Assembly: GCA_964016885.1 (NCBI GenBank)
Contig: OZ024744.1
Coordinates: 126,914,001-126,978,000 of the forward strand
Origin: Eledone cirrhosa
Taxonomy: Eukaryota
Reading direction: 5' to 3'
DNA: 64,000 nucleotides
How positions within the stretch are numbered: position 1 is the first letter of the stretch; each line of letters opens with the position of its first letter. Both the position numbers and the translations under genes were made by a program. The notes under the pieces were generated by a model. It was not told the DNA's origin and searched no databases. It saw only the letters and a program-made list of their open reading frames with translations. Below, in pieces: positions 37,621 to 50,585 of the stretch.

Positions 37621-38452
37621 ATGTAATGATTGAGGAAGGAATTGGCTGGTGAAACGCTATAGCGATGTGTGTGTTTCGTACCTTTAAGGTTTACCGGCTT
37701 CGTAGCCTATTCGAAGATTTTATTATAATTATGAACCTCGTATTTCAATTAATTATGACTAATTTTGAGCTATCTCTCACAATTGTTAGTTAATTACTAA
37801 CATAGTAACTTAACATATGGTTGTTATATAGAATTTCGTTGGAAGACTTTAATTTAGATAGGAACCATTTTTGGCTGGGTTTCTACCAAAAGGGTTAATG
37901 AAGAATTTTGAACAATTTACTAAAATTATTAATTATTTCATTACTAAGATAATGTGTGAATACACAATTATATATGTGTGTGTATATATATATAAACAGT
38001 ATATATATACTATACTAAAGATGTAGACAATGAGTAGTCTTAAGACAAGTCTGTCCAGATAGCTGCGCTGTAACTTACACTTATTGGGACTGTGTGTTGG
38101 CTAGCAGGCCTGTATTTTGGGATCTAGCTGGTCCATTATGAGGGAGGTCTGGTTAGTTGGCAGCACCATGCCTTACTTGTGGTATATGTATGTATAGAAA
38201 TAAGTTATTGTATATGTATAACTGTCCATCTATATGTATATACATGTGCGTTTAAGTATGTGTTTACATACATATATACATTTTCAGATGTATGCATGTA
38301 AGAGTATATATATCTTTATATATATATATATATATAAACATACATATGAGTGTATATATATATATATATAAATATATAAACATACATATGATTGTATATA
38401 TATATATATATAAACATACATATGAGTGTATATATATATATATATATATATA

Positions 38453-38786
38453 TCATCATCATCATTTTACGTCTGCTTTTTCCCTGCTTGCAAGGGTGAG
38501 AGGGGAACTGATTCTGGCTTGATTTCTACAGCTGGATGCCCTTCCTAACACCAACCTCATTTACAGTGAGTGCTGGGTGCGTTTTTTCCGTGGCACCTCC
38601 ACGACCACTTTGCAGTGGAATGAGAGGGACCCCAGTTCCTATCATCTCATTTCTACAGCTGAGTAAACTGGAGCAATGTGAAATAAATTGTCTTGCTCAA
38701 GGAAACAACACATCACCTGGTTTGAGAATTGAACTCACAACCTTTCGATTGCAAGGCCAATGCTCTAACCACTAAGCCATGTGCCT
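38453..38786 (-). mobile_element. Full-length CORE-like SINE
   Basis: Same family as 16171-16512. Confidence 0.9.
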
Positions 38787-38787
38787 C

Positions 38788-38840
<53 letters not shown>

Positions 38841-38929
38841 ATTGTATTGTATTGTATTGTATTGTATTGTATTGTATTGTATTGTATTGTATTGTATTGT
38901 ATTGTTATGTTATGTTATGTTATGTTATG

Positions 38930-40425
38930 TACAATCTATGTATAATGAAACACTCAGTAAGGTTAGAATTGACAATGAATATTGTGAAGAATTTAGTGTA
39001 AAAGTTGGTGTTCACCAAGGCTCTGTCCTTAGCCCCCTCCTATTTATTATTGCCCTTCAGGCTATAACAGAGGAGTTCAAGACGGGCTGCCCATGGGAAC
39101 TCTTATATGCAGATGATCTAACGCTCATAGCTGAATCAATGGCTGAACTAGAGAAGAAATTCCAAACATGCAAACATGGTCTAGAATCAAAAGGCCTTAA
39201 AGTTAACTTGTCTAAGACTAAAGTCCTAGTTTGTAGAAAGGAAAATAAGGCACAGGTACCCTCAGGGAAATGGCCTTGCTCATTGAGTAGGAAAGGAGAG
39301 GGCAGAAATTCAATTTTATGTCCCAAATGCAAAGTATGGGTACATAAAGATGTAGTAGGATCACAGGTAAACTATCTAAGAATGTAGACTTTATATGTGG
39401 CCGATGCTCAGGTGACAGGTAGCAAGTGTCCACAGGATACTAGCCCCTTCTATTGCCCAGATGGTTCCATAGAAATAGTAGACACTTTCCGTTACCTGGG
39501 TGACAAAATCAGCAGTGGTGGAGGGTGTTCTGAAAGTACAGTAGCCAGAGTCAGAACTGGATGGGAAAAGTTCAGAGAGCTTATACCACTATTAGCCTCT
39601 AAAGGGTTCACTCTAAAAATGAAAGGCAGGCTGTATGATGCCTGCATACGAACAGCAATATTAAATGGCAGTGAGACCTGGGCATTGTGTGCAGAGGATA
39701 TACGCAGACTGGAGAGAAACGAAGCTTGCATGCTCCGCTGGATGTGTAATAGTAATATACGTGAACGGTAAAGCATAAACGAACTAAGGGAGAAATTAGG
39801 AATAAGAGGGATCAGATGTTGTTTACTCGAGAGAAGACTACGTTGGTATGGTCACGTGATGCGCATGAAAGACGACAGCTGTATAAAAAAGTGCAGGCCG
39901 ATAAAAATAGGCGGTAGCCACGGAGTAGGCAGACCCAGAAAACCCTGGGACGACTTGATAAATTCCAACCTCACACACTTACACCTCTCCAAGACAATGT
40001 CACTGGACCGAGATCTTTGGCGCTACCCAGTCATACAGAAGACCCGCCTTGCCTAAGTACAAAGTGAAACCTACTACAGTCAGTAGGCACCTCTAAAAAA
40101 TACACCCCGTCCCACTACCCCCCCCCTTAAATGTGAAGTTATGTTGGTACCACAACATCCAGTCCGAAACAAATGAGGTCGTGTAGGTGTCACGGCAAAA
40201 AAACACACAGTCCACGCTGTAATGTGGCCATGTAGGTAACACGGTAAAAACCTCCCAGTCCACACTGTAAACGTGGTTGGTGTTAGGAAGGGCATCCAGC
40301 GGTAGAAAACCCGCTAGACAGTCCTATACGAGCAGGATTACACATCTTGCCTCAAGTGAGAAACCTCCCGTCCAAACCCATGCAAGCGTGGAAGATGGAC
40401 GTTAAACGATGATGATGATGATGAT
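38930..40425 (+). mobile_element. 5'-truncated RTE LINE, same subfamily as 32331-34863
   Basis: HQGSVLSP, YADD, Cys cluster, FRYLGD, LRWYGHV, 3' UTR and (GAT)n. Confidence 0.93.
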
Positions 40426-40627
40426 ATAAAACATATCTGTAATGTTATTTATATATATATATATAAAACATATATGTAATGTTATATATATATACATATA
40501 TATAAAACATATTTGTAATGTTATTCAATTGAAAATTAAACTTAAAGGTGTAGTAATGCCACAAACGTTTTTCTATCTTTAAATAATTAGATACTTATTT
40601 ATATAATTGTAAATACAAGTGCCACAG

Positions 40628-40700
<73 letters not shown>

Positions 40701-41002
40701 TAGAGTCCCAGAGAACGAGAGAAGAATGAAGGACAGGTATATGCATGGTAGAAATAGCAGCCAAAGCCCAGCAAAGTACAGAATGAAGTACACACACACT
40801 CCCTCTCTCTTTCTCTCTCTCTCACACACACATATATATTTATGTATGCATGTATGTATATGGTTAATGGAATTATGTAATAAAATGAAGATGTACAAAT
40901 AAAACTGTCTCTTATTTATTACACTGACACTTCGATTGATACCTTACAGAGAAAATCCTAATCGTAAAGTGCTTTACTATATATATATATATATATATAA
41001 AA

Positions 41003-41033
<31 letters not shown>

Positions 41034-41127
41034 ATTGTGTAGGACATGAGTATATATATATATATATATTAATATATATATATTAATTCAAAATATTAAC
41101 AAAATTAAACATTCGGGTGATCAAGTA

Positions 41128-41194
41128 TATTTTATTATACATATTTCAGAGGTACTGAACTATCTTCAACAGTACGTCCTCATCAGATAAAATA
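41128..41194 (-). ncRNA. Minimal type I hammerhead ribozyme motif (Penelope pLTR-type), left arm of palindrome
   Basis: Reverse complement of 41274-41340 with one loop substitution. Confidence 0.7.
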
Positions 41195-41273
41195 AGATGT
41201 AGCATGACATACCCTGACATAGTAGATGGTTAAGATTCAGTCATGGTATGTCAGGGTATGTCATGCATCATCT

Positions 41274-41340
41274 TATTTTATCTGATGAGGACGTACTGTT
41301 GAAGATAGCTCAGTACCTCTGAAATATGTATAATAAAATA
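41274..41340 (+). ncRNA. Minimal type I hammerhead ribozyme motif (Penelope pLTR-type)
   Basis: Stem I tattttat/ataaaata; CTGATGA 41282-41288; stem II ggacgtactg/cagtacctct; GAAA 41321-41324; very short stem III; AUA cleavage triplet at 41330-41332. Confidence 0.7.
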
Positions 41341-41478
41341 TACTTGATCACACAAATGTCTATTTTTGTTAATATTTTGAATTGATATTAATATCTCTGG
41401 AAAACCATAGCTGTTGAGTGCTTCCCATCTATTGTAAAACTTATTCTTTGATTTATTCATTGAACCTTGTTTAACCTT

Positions 41479-41545
<67 letters not shown>

Positions 41546-42402
41546 AAAAGGTAAACAGAAATAACAACACAATCGGTACAGTATATGGAAGGTATATATT
41601 AGGTTAACGCTTGATATAGCAGGAAGAGGGTCTCAACGTTTTGGACGCTAGTCCTTTATCAGAAGAAAGAGTGATAAATAAAATAGATATATATATATAT
41701 ATATATAAGTTATTCCGGGTTGAATCGGAGGTAACCACAGTAAGTAAGGTACTCAATACATAGCAGAGAATACAAGTTTTAATATAGAAGAGCTTCTACA
41801 GGACTAGAACTGTTTCATTCATGAGAAATCATCAGGGAGCTGCTGTCCAAGTAGTGGTATTTATATCTTTTCTTTTCTGGTGGTAGGAGAGGGTGGGGAT
41901 TGGGATGGGTGGAGGTCATTGGTTGAAGGATTTAAAGAAAAGGGAGTTCATTAAAAGCTAATTCTTTAAAGCTATAGTAATAACAAAGGCAGGAAGAATA
42001 CTGTAAACAAAATCATGTTTGGAATACCAATCCTAGTTTATCACTTAGACTAACAATGGCTGTAAGACAGGTGTCTACAGGATGGGTGGGGTTCAATGGT
42101 TTAAAGAAAAGGGAAATTCTTTAGAAGCTAATTCTTTAAGGCTGAAATAAGGGTGACAAAGGCAGAAAGGGTTCCATCAACAGATTCAAGTGTTGGGTGC
42201 TTCCCCTTATTGTGAAGTTTCTCTTAATATATATTCCAGGTGTGGACAAACACATTCACACACTCGCCCACTTACACACATACACACACATACACGCACA
42301 CACACAACACACATACATAATGGTACATACACACATACAAATATATATACACATACATACAAATATGTGTACATACATATATATATATACATATAACATA
42401 TG

Positions 42403-42434
<32 letters not shown>

Positions 42435-42444
42435 TATACATGGT

Positions 42445-43970
42445 TGACTGGGTGGTATTTCTCATGTCAACAACATAACCACCTTGCAGGGTGGACTGGG
42501 TGGTATTTCTCATGTCACCATCACAACCACCTTACAGGGTAGACTGGGTGGTATTTCTCATGTCACCATCACAACCACCTTACAGGGTAGACTGGGTGGT
42601 ATTTCTCATGTAACCAGTATAACCACCTTACAGGGTGGACTGGGTGGTATTTCTCATGTAACCACCACAACCACCTTACAGGGTGGACTGGGTGGTATTT
42701 CTCATGTCACCAACACAAGCACCTTACAGGGTAGACTGGGTGGTATTTCTCATGTCACCAACACAAGCACCTTACAGGGTAGACTGGGTGGTATTTCTCA
42801 TGTCAACAACATAACCCCCTTACAGGGTGGACTGGGTGGTATTTCTCATGTAACCAGTATAACCACCTTACTGGGTGGTATTTCTCATGTCACCAGCACA
42901 ACCACCTTACAGGGTGGACTGGGTGGTATTTCTCATGTCAACAACATAACCACCTTACAGGGTAGACTGGGTGGTATTTCTCATGTCGCCATCACAACCA
43001 CCTTACAGGGTGGACTGGGTGATATTTCTCATGTAAACAACACAACCACCTTACAGGGTGGACTGGGTGGTATTTCATGTCACCAACATAACCTCCTTAC
43101 AGGGTAGACTGGGTGGTATTTCTCATGTCACCATCACAACCACCTTACAGGGTAGACTGGGTGGTATTTCTCATGTCACCATCACAACCACCTTACAGGG
43201 TAGACTGGGTGGTATTTCTCATGTCACCAACACAACCACCTTACAGGGTAGACTGGGTGGTATTTCTCATGTCACCAACACAACCACCTTACAGGGTGGA
43301 CTGGGTGGTATTTCTCATGTCACCAACATAACCACCTTACAGGGTGGACTGGGTGGTATTTCATGTCACCAACACAACCACCTTACAGGGTAGACTGGGT
43401 GGTATTTCTCATGTCAACAACACAACCACATTACAGGGTAGACTGGGTGGTATTTCTCATGTCAACAACACAACCACATTACAGGGTAGACTGGGTGGTA
43501 TTTCTCATGTCACCAGTACAACCACCTTACAGGGTGGACTGGGTGGTATTTCTCATGTCACCAACGCAACCACATTACAGGGTAGACTGGGTGGTATTTC
43601 ATGTCACCAGCACAACCACCTTACAGGGTAGACTGGGTGGTATTTCTCATGTCACCAACACAACCACCTTACAGGGTGGACTGGGTGGTATTTCTCATGT
43701 CACCAACATAACCACCTTACAGGGTGGTATTTCTCATGTCACCAACATAACCACCTTACAGGGTAGACTGGGTGGTATTTCTCATGTCACCAACACAACC
43801 ACCTTACAGGGTAGACTGGGTGGTATTTCTCATGTCAACAACATAACCACCTTACAGGGTAGACTGGGTGGTATTTCTCATGTCACCAACGCAACCACAT
43901 TACAGGGTAGACTGGGTGGTATTTCTCATGTCAACAACATAACCACCTTATGGAATGGTCTGGGTGGTAT
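42445..43970. repeat. 48-bp minisatellite, ~31 copies
   Basis: Unit gactgggtggtatttctcatgtcaccaacacaaccaccttacagggt(a/g), with a few shortened units. Confidence 0.95.
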
Positions 43971-44004
43971 TGGTGGGGTGGTGCCAGCACAACCTACAAT
44001 GTCG

Positions 44005-44440
44005 ACAATGTAGCATTCAGATCGAATTTTCTTTTGATTTAATTTAATGAACCATAATCTCTCGGACTCCATTTTAACGGCCATATCAACAGCAAATTGT
44101 TGGAAAAGTCCCGAGAACGGTGTAGATGTTTGAATGAATTGTTCCTTACCATAAATCAGAAAGCGTAGAAATCCATGCAAGTGACAGATTTCCTAAGGTG
44201 TGCCTCACCATTGCCTGCCGAATGTTGAGGAATGCCAAACTGGTATCCGTCCTCACCGTTGACAAATAGCAATGGATACTGAAGTGCATCGTAGGACCTG
44301 TGTGTCTCATTGATACGCTGTAATATGCTGTCTCGGTGCTTTAGAATGATATCTCTCTTGTTGTGCTGTTCACCACAAATAACCGCAGCAATCTCATTAC
44401 ATGTTGGTGCGTTGAACTGACAAGCGTGTTCTCCATGTCA
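44005..44440 (-). mobile_element. Helitron Rep/helicase gene fragment
   Basis: Minus: FNAPTCNEIAAV..RDIIL..QRINETHRSYDALQYPLLFVNGEDGY..LFQQFAVDMAVKMESERLWFIKLNQKKIRSECY. Confidence 0.9.
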
Positions 44441-44581
44441 CAACTCATGGCAAAAGATTAGGATATGAACAGAAATTTATTTCTAAGTGTATCATTTAAA
44501 AAATGACAAGCAACTTTTCGAGTCTGTGGAACTTCTAAGAGTTACTTCATGACAATCAGTTTAGATTTGTAAGAGGAAGAG

Positions 44582-45491
44582 TTAGTTAAAATGTTTCCCT
44601 CTTGTGTGTGTTTGTTTGTATTTATTTAAGTTACTATTCCTAATAAAAGATTTCCCACATATTTCACAGTGGTAAGGTCTTTCACCAGTATGTGATCTTT
44701 TATGTACAATCAAATTACCACTTTGTACGAAATACTTCCCACATATTTCACAGTAAAAGGGTTTCTCTCCAGTGTGAGTTCTTTTATGTTTAATCAAGTC
44801 ATCGCCCCTGACAAAAGATTTCTCACATATTTCACAATGGAAGGGCTTTATTCCAGTGTGGTCATATCTATGGTTAATGAGACTAGCATTCTGAAAGAAA
44901 GATTTCCCACATATTTCACAATCATAATGCTTTTCTCTACTGTGTGTTCTTTTATGTGCATTGAAATTACTGTTGTATACAAAAGATTTCCCACATATTT
45001 CACAATGATATGGTTTCTTTCCAGTGTGTGTTCTTATATGTAGTTAAATAAATGTTTGTCGCAAAAGATTTCCCACATATTTCACAATGATAGAGTTTCT
45101 CTCCAGTGTGTGTTCTTTTATGAAGTACAACACTAAAATGTTCAGCAAAAGCTTTCCCACATATTTCGCAGTGGAAACGTTTTACTCCAGTGTGAGTACG
45201 TATATGTCTAACAAGATCTGATTTCGAAGTGAAAGATTTCTCACATATTTGACAGTGATAGGGTTTATCTTTAGTGTGTGTTCTTTTATGTGTAGATAAT
45301 TCATCTTCTGATGAGAAAGTTTTCCTACAAATCTCACAGCTATATTCAGGAATATTTCTGTATATTGATCCTTGTTCAGTACATGTTTCACTAGGTAAAG
45401 GTTTCTCACTACTGTATGTCTGTGTAACAGTATCCATATTGGTAGAAATAGGTGTAGTAGAAATGTCCAAGTGTTTAAAGTCCTCTATCAT
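44582..45491 (-). pseudogene. ZNF4: second-family C2H2 gene (9 finger units) split by one 1-bp deletion near 45035
   Basis: ORF 45491-45000 holds 4 fingers; the shifted frame continues open through 5 more into ORF 44797-44582. Confidence 0.8.
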
Positions 45492-45909
45492 AATTATTGC
45501 AGAATTCTTCGAAGTTCTGAAGATATATGACTGTGTAAGACAGATGTCGGTATAAGAAAGTGTAAGAGAGTGAGTGTGTGTGTCTTAATAAATGAGGATT
45601 GTTCACCACGGAGTGTAGAAAAGTACACAATATCTGCTGTGTTAACAATACAAATAATACGTACTTTATATTTCAAGACCAAGTGTAAAGTCAAGAAAGA
45701 CCAGGAAAGCTAATTGTTCAGATGTTGGTGATTTAAACCTATTTCTCACTGTCCTGTAAAATGTGGAACAACCAATTCGCGATGTAGCGTAGTTTCTCAT
45801 GAAATGAAATATTTAATCATGTAGGAGATGGAACACCTACCCTGGAACATGTAGCTCACTCTATGTTATCTACAGAATATTAACTTTCACCTTAACATGA
45901 GATAATTGC

Positions 45910-46200
45910 TATACAAGATATAATTAGATTAATTAAAGCTATAATTAAGATAGCAGGTACGTGGTGTCGTTGGTAATGTTTACCTGATCATAAATAACAC
46001 CGGTGTCATACGTTAAAAGTCCCTGACCTAATTAAATACCTTCAGCCAGACCTTCAGTTATATCAATTCACTCCATCAATTGTATCGAACCCATGGTAAA
46101 ACAAGCAGCATCACTCAGTGAAATATTTATTACCTATCAACGAGAGAGTCTCCTACCTGGTTACTTGACATGGTAGAAATAGCAGCCAACACACACTCTA
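45910..46200 (+). repeat. Interspersed repeat also embedded at 160-420, 14460-14690 and 35600-35825
   Basis: agatataattagatt..ccggtgtca..gttaaaagtccctga..tagaaatagcagc shared. Confidence 0.7.
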
Positions 46201-46450
46201 AAGTCTTAAAGTAAAGGAATTACACATTTCGCGACTCGACAGGTTTGCGGTCGTGCCCTTGGCAGTTGGGACTTCCGGTGTCCTTGGCCCTAGGGCTACT
46301 TCCCTACCTACCACCATAGAAACAGAGTTGACTACCCGCAGAGAGACTCTTACCTAGTAGCTTGACGTGGTAGAAATAGCAGCCAAATATCATTCTCTAC
46401 TGTCTTACGGCAACAAAGACGATGTCCTCGATTTAGTCACACACACACAC

Positions 46451-46521
<71 letters not shown>

Positions 46522-46932
46522 TACATATATACATATATATATATGTCTGTATATAAGCCCCTAACTCTAAATAAAAATCGCCCATATTCTCCAGTTTAAA
46601 ACACTGGAGGAAGACATTGAGTCGTTTAGTCATATATATATATATGTTAATATATGTTAATATTTTGAATTAATATTAATAACTCCGGAAAACCAAAACC
46701 GTGGAGTGCTTCTAATCTATTGTAAAACTTTATTCAATGATTTATTCTTTGAACCTTGTTTAACCTTTAAATATATATATGACTAAACGATGTGAGAAAA
46801 ACCACAACCCTCCATCTCAACTCTACTTTTGAAAAGCAGAAGAACTGCGAAACCGGTAAAGGAACCAAATAAATATATATATATTTTTTTTAGAATAAGA
46901 GTCCAGTTGCATTTTCGATTTCATCTTTTTTT

Positions 46933-46992
<60 letters not shown>

Positions 46993-47229
46993 GATGGGTA
47001 CAGCTAAAACCATTTCCAATATTTAAATATATGCCTACTCGATCATACTAATCTGGGACTTGAATTATGCCATGGTGAGGTTATCTCCCCTGGTAGTGTT
47101 AATTGTTTGTATATATATTTATATCTCCATCTGTAACTCAATAAAATTTATCATGGCTTGGCTTCGAGAACAAAGGTGAAGAAGGAGTTGTTGTAAGTTG
47201 ATTGAAGGCCTGCTTGTGGCTGGTCAGTC

Positions 47230-49390
47230 CTATGTAGGACAGGCATGGCACAGCCACAGATGAAGGTCTGGAGAAGGGTTTGATAACTTAGTGTTGTGGT
47301 TCTTCCTCCTAGGTCTCTTGTCCTCGAGGGTGGCCCTGTGGGTGTTTTTCAAGGAGCAGACAGCATGGTTGTTGGTGAGACACCAGGCGTCCCATGTCTC
47401 AGCTAGGGTGGACCACCAGTGATGGTCGATGTGTTGGCCCCCTTTCACAATGATCAGTGGAGAGTTCACCATAGAGCATGATCCTTCATCCAGGAGATGT
47501 ACCCTGCCCACCTTGGTGTTGCACTCAAGGAGACGAAGGTGGTGATGTTAAGTGACCCACAACGCTAAGCCATATAGGAAGATGGGAAGGACTATGGTTC
47601 TGTACACTCTGATCTTGGTAGCCTTCTTCGGGTGTTTATTATTCTACACAGGTTTGTACAGTCTGCCAAATGCACTGCTCACCTTTGCCAGTCTGTTACC
47701 TGTCGATCTTGAGATGTGACGTGATGGTGCACCCCAGGTTGGTGAACAGGTGGACCATTTTTCAGTTGTCTCACCAATTGGTATATGGATGGATGTACTC
47801 TTCCTGAAGTGTAGGCTGGTGGAGTACATCTATCTTCTTTAAGCTGACATCCCAAAGAGTTGGGCAGCTTCTGTGAAGCAGGAAGTGATGTGTTGCAAGA
47901 CTCTTTATGTGAGGCCAACAAGAGCAGCATCGTCTGCAAAGAAAAGGTCTCAGATCTGTTGCTCCAGGGACTTTCATGTGGGCCTGTAGTTGAGGAAGAT
48001 TAAACAGACTGCAGGCAAGATGGTATCAACATCTTCTGTGACCTGCTTGAACATCATACTAAAGAGAGTCGGTGCTAGGACACAACCCAGGACACACAGT
48101 TGATGTTTGGGAAGGGTTCTGAGAAGTCACTGTTGAGTCTGGCCTGACAACACTGGCCTTCCTGTAGCTGGATGACGATGTTCAGCAACTTCAGGGAACA
48201 AATTCGTCATTCCATGATCTGCTCACTATATTGAATGCTATAGTAAAATCAATAAACACCACATACAGCCCTTTATTTTGCTCTCAGCACTTCTCTTGAA
48301 GCTGCCTGAGAATGAACACCTTGTCTATGGTGTTGTTGTTGACTTTGTAGCTACACTGACTCTCTGGAGGGTGTTATTGTGATGTCTATGGTGCTGTTGT
48401 TGACTTTGTAGCTAGACTGACTCTCTGGGAGGTGTTATTGTTGACTCTGTAGCTACACTGACTCTCTGGGAGGTGTTATTGTGATGTCTGTGGTGTTGTT
48501 GTTGACTTTGTAGCTACACTGACTCTCTGGGACGTGTTATTGTGATGTCTATGATGTTGTTGTTGACTTTGTAGCTACACTGACTCTCTGGGACGTGTTA
48601 TTGTGATGTCTATGATGTTATTGTTGACTCTGTAGCTACACTGACTCTCTGGGAGGTGTTATTGTGAGGTCTATGGTGGTGTAGTTGTCTTTGTAGCTAG
48701 ACTGACTCTCTGGGAGGTATTATTGTGATGTCTGTGGTGTTGTTGTTGACTCTGTAGCTACACTGACACTCTGGGAGGTGTTATTGTGATGTCTATGGCG
48801 TTGTTGTTGACTCTGTAGCTACACTGACTCTCTGGGAGGTGTTATTGTGATGTCTATGGTGTTGTTGTTGACTTTGTAGCTACACTGACTCTCTGGGAGG
48901 TGTTATTGTTGACTTTGTAGCTACACTAACTCTCTGGGAGGTATTATTGTAATGTCTGTGGTGTTGTTGTTGACTTTGTATCTACACTGACTCTCTGGGA
49001 GGTGTTATTGTGATGTCTATGGTGTTGTTGTTGACTTTGTAGCTACACTGACTCTCTGGGAGGTGTTATTGTGATGTCTGTGGTGTTGTTGTTGACTCTG
49101 TAGCTAGACTGACTCTCTGGGAGGTGTTGTTGTTGACTTTATATCTACACTGACTCTCTGGAAGGTGTTATTGTGATGTCTATGGTGTTGTTGTTGTCTT
49201 TGTAGCTACACTGACTCTCTGGGAGGTGTTATTCTGCAATGGTAGGTACCATCTGGTTCAACAGCATCTTAGCAGGGATTTTTCTCATGACAGAGAACAG
49301 AATACCCCCCCAGTAATTTGAGTACTCTGACTTTGCCTCTTTGTTCTTGTAAAGGGTGATGGTGATTGAACTACAGAGATCTTGTGGAGT
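47230..49390 (-). mobile_element. Degenerate RTE (BovB-like) LINE interrupted by a minisatellite
   Basis: Minus: KNKEAKSEYSNYWG, LRQLQEKC, FIDFT, GCVLAPTLFS, FADDAALV, RLAKVSSAFGRL. Confidence 0.8.
48323..49232. repeat. 61-bp minisatellite (~16 units, some shortened) amplified from the LINE's RT coding sequence
   Basis: Minus-strand unit reads LPESQCSYKVNNNTID, the RTE 'LPESQCGFRxxRSTID' motif, at its expected position in the element. Confidence 0.88.
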
Positions 49391-49764
49391 TTCACATCTA
49401 ATGCTGGGCTCCCATGTTTCAACATCTTATGTAGAATTCCTTCAACTCCTGCAGCATTGCCACTCCTTAGCAGCTATATAGCTTTGGTGGTCTCTTCAAT
49501 GGTGGACAAGTCATCCATGTTTGTGTGTTCATGGCTTGATTGAAAATCAGTGCTGTGAAAATTGAGACACTCATCCTCTCAAGGAAGCCTGCACCCTGTA
49601 CTCTACATGTGAATGGAGTTCCACTGAAGCAAGTGGAGAAGTTCAAGTATTTCAGGTCCATGTCCACAAGTGATGGCTGAAAGAATATGATCACAAATAC
49701 AAGTGGACGAAATAGGGTCCTTGGAATAATGTTATTAAATAGAGTGCATGCCTCATAGAGTTGC

Positions 49765-50196
49765 TTAAGGTAGACCTGCTACTTCTCTGAATTGAGAATA
49801 ATAGGGTTTTTGTCCAGTATGTGTTCTTTTGTATACAGTTAAATTACTGTTGGAAGCAAAATATTTCCCACATATTTCACAGTGACAGGGTTTTACTTCT
49901 GTGTGACTACATAAAGGTCTAAAAAATTTAGTTTTTTCAGTGAAAGATTTCCCACATATTTCACAGTGATGGTGTTTGTCTTTAATATGTATGTGTTTGT
50001 GTATAGATACATCTTTTGATGAGAAAGTTTTCCTACAAATCTCACAACTATATTCAGGAATATTTCTGTGTAATGATCCATGTTCAGTACATGTTTCACT
50101 AGATAGAAGTTTCTCACCACTGTATGACTGTGTAACTGTATCTATATTGGTAAAAACAGCTGTGTTAGAAATGTCCAACTGTTTAACGTCCTCCAT
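49765..50196 (-). pseudogene. ZNF5: truncated paralogue of ZNF4 (3 degenerate fingers)
   Basis: Leader aligns with ZNF4 (LDIS..TN.DTVTQ.YS.EK...SETCTE.GS..RNIPEYSCEIC); array ends abruptly at HTGQKPYY ~49797. Confidence 0.8.
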
Positions 50197-50367
50197 AGTA
50201 ATTCTTGAAGTATATTTAAAAGTTGAGAATTGATATTACAGTGAAGAAAATGTTTGTGTGTATGTGTTCTATTGAAACACTACTGTGTTGTTCTGGGCCT
50301 ATCTCAGTAGAATTTCAAATGGTAGATGGACATATTCTACATTTACTTTAATATAGATTTAAACAAA

Positions 50368-50585
50368 GATGGTAGAATGGCAGAATTGGTAGAGCACCAG
50401 ATAAAATATTATTGCAGTATTTGTTCTGGTTCTTAACATTCCCAGTTCAAATCCTGCCAAGGTAAAATAATTATTTCAACATTCTAGAGTTGATAAAATA
50501 TATTACCAGTTATGTATTGGGGTTGATTTAATCAACTTTGCTCTTCTCCTAAATCTGCTGCTCTTGAGCCTAATTTACAAATCAA
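50368..50585 (+). mobile_element. Degenerate SINE related to 3405-3591
   Basis: tggcagaattggtagagc, agttcaaatcctgcc, gttgataaaata..taccagt. Confidence 0.55.

Noticed and set aside
37625-37670. Hammerhead-like ttgaggaagg..gaaacgctatagcg
   Set aside because: No convincing stem II or cleavage triplet; too degenerate to call.
41895-42175. ~100-bp imperfect direct duplication
   Set aside because: Real but unassignable; probably part of a degraded repeat.
42484-44013. Repeat-protein ORFs (LQGRLGGISHVT..)
   Set aside because: By-product of a 48-bp minisatellite; non-ATG starts and frameshifting units.
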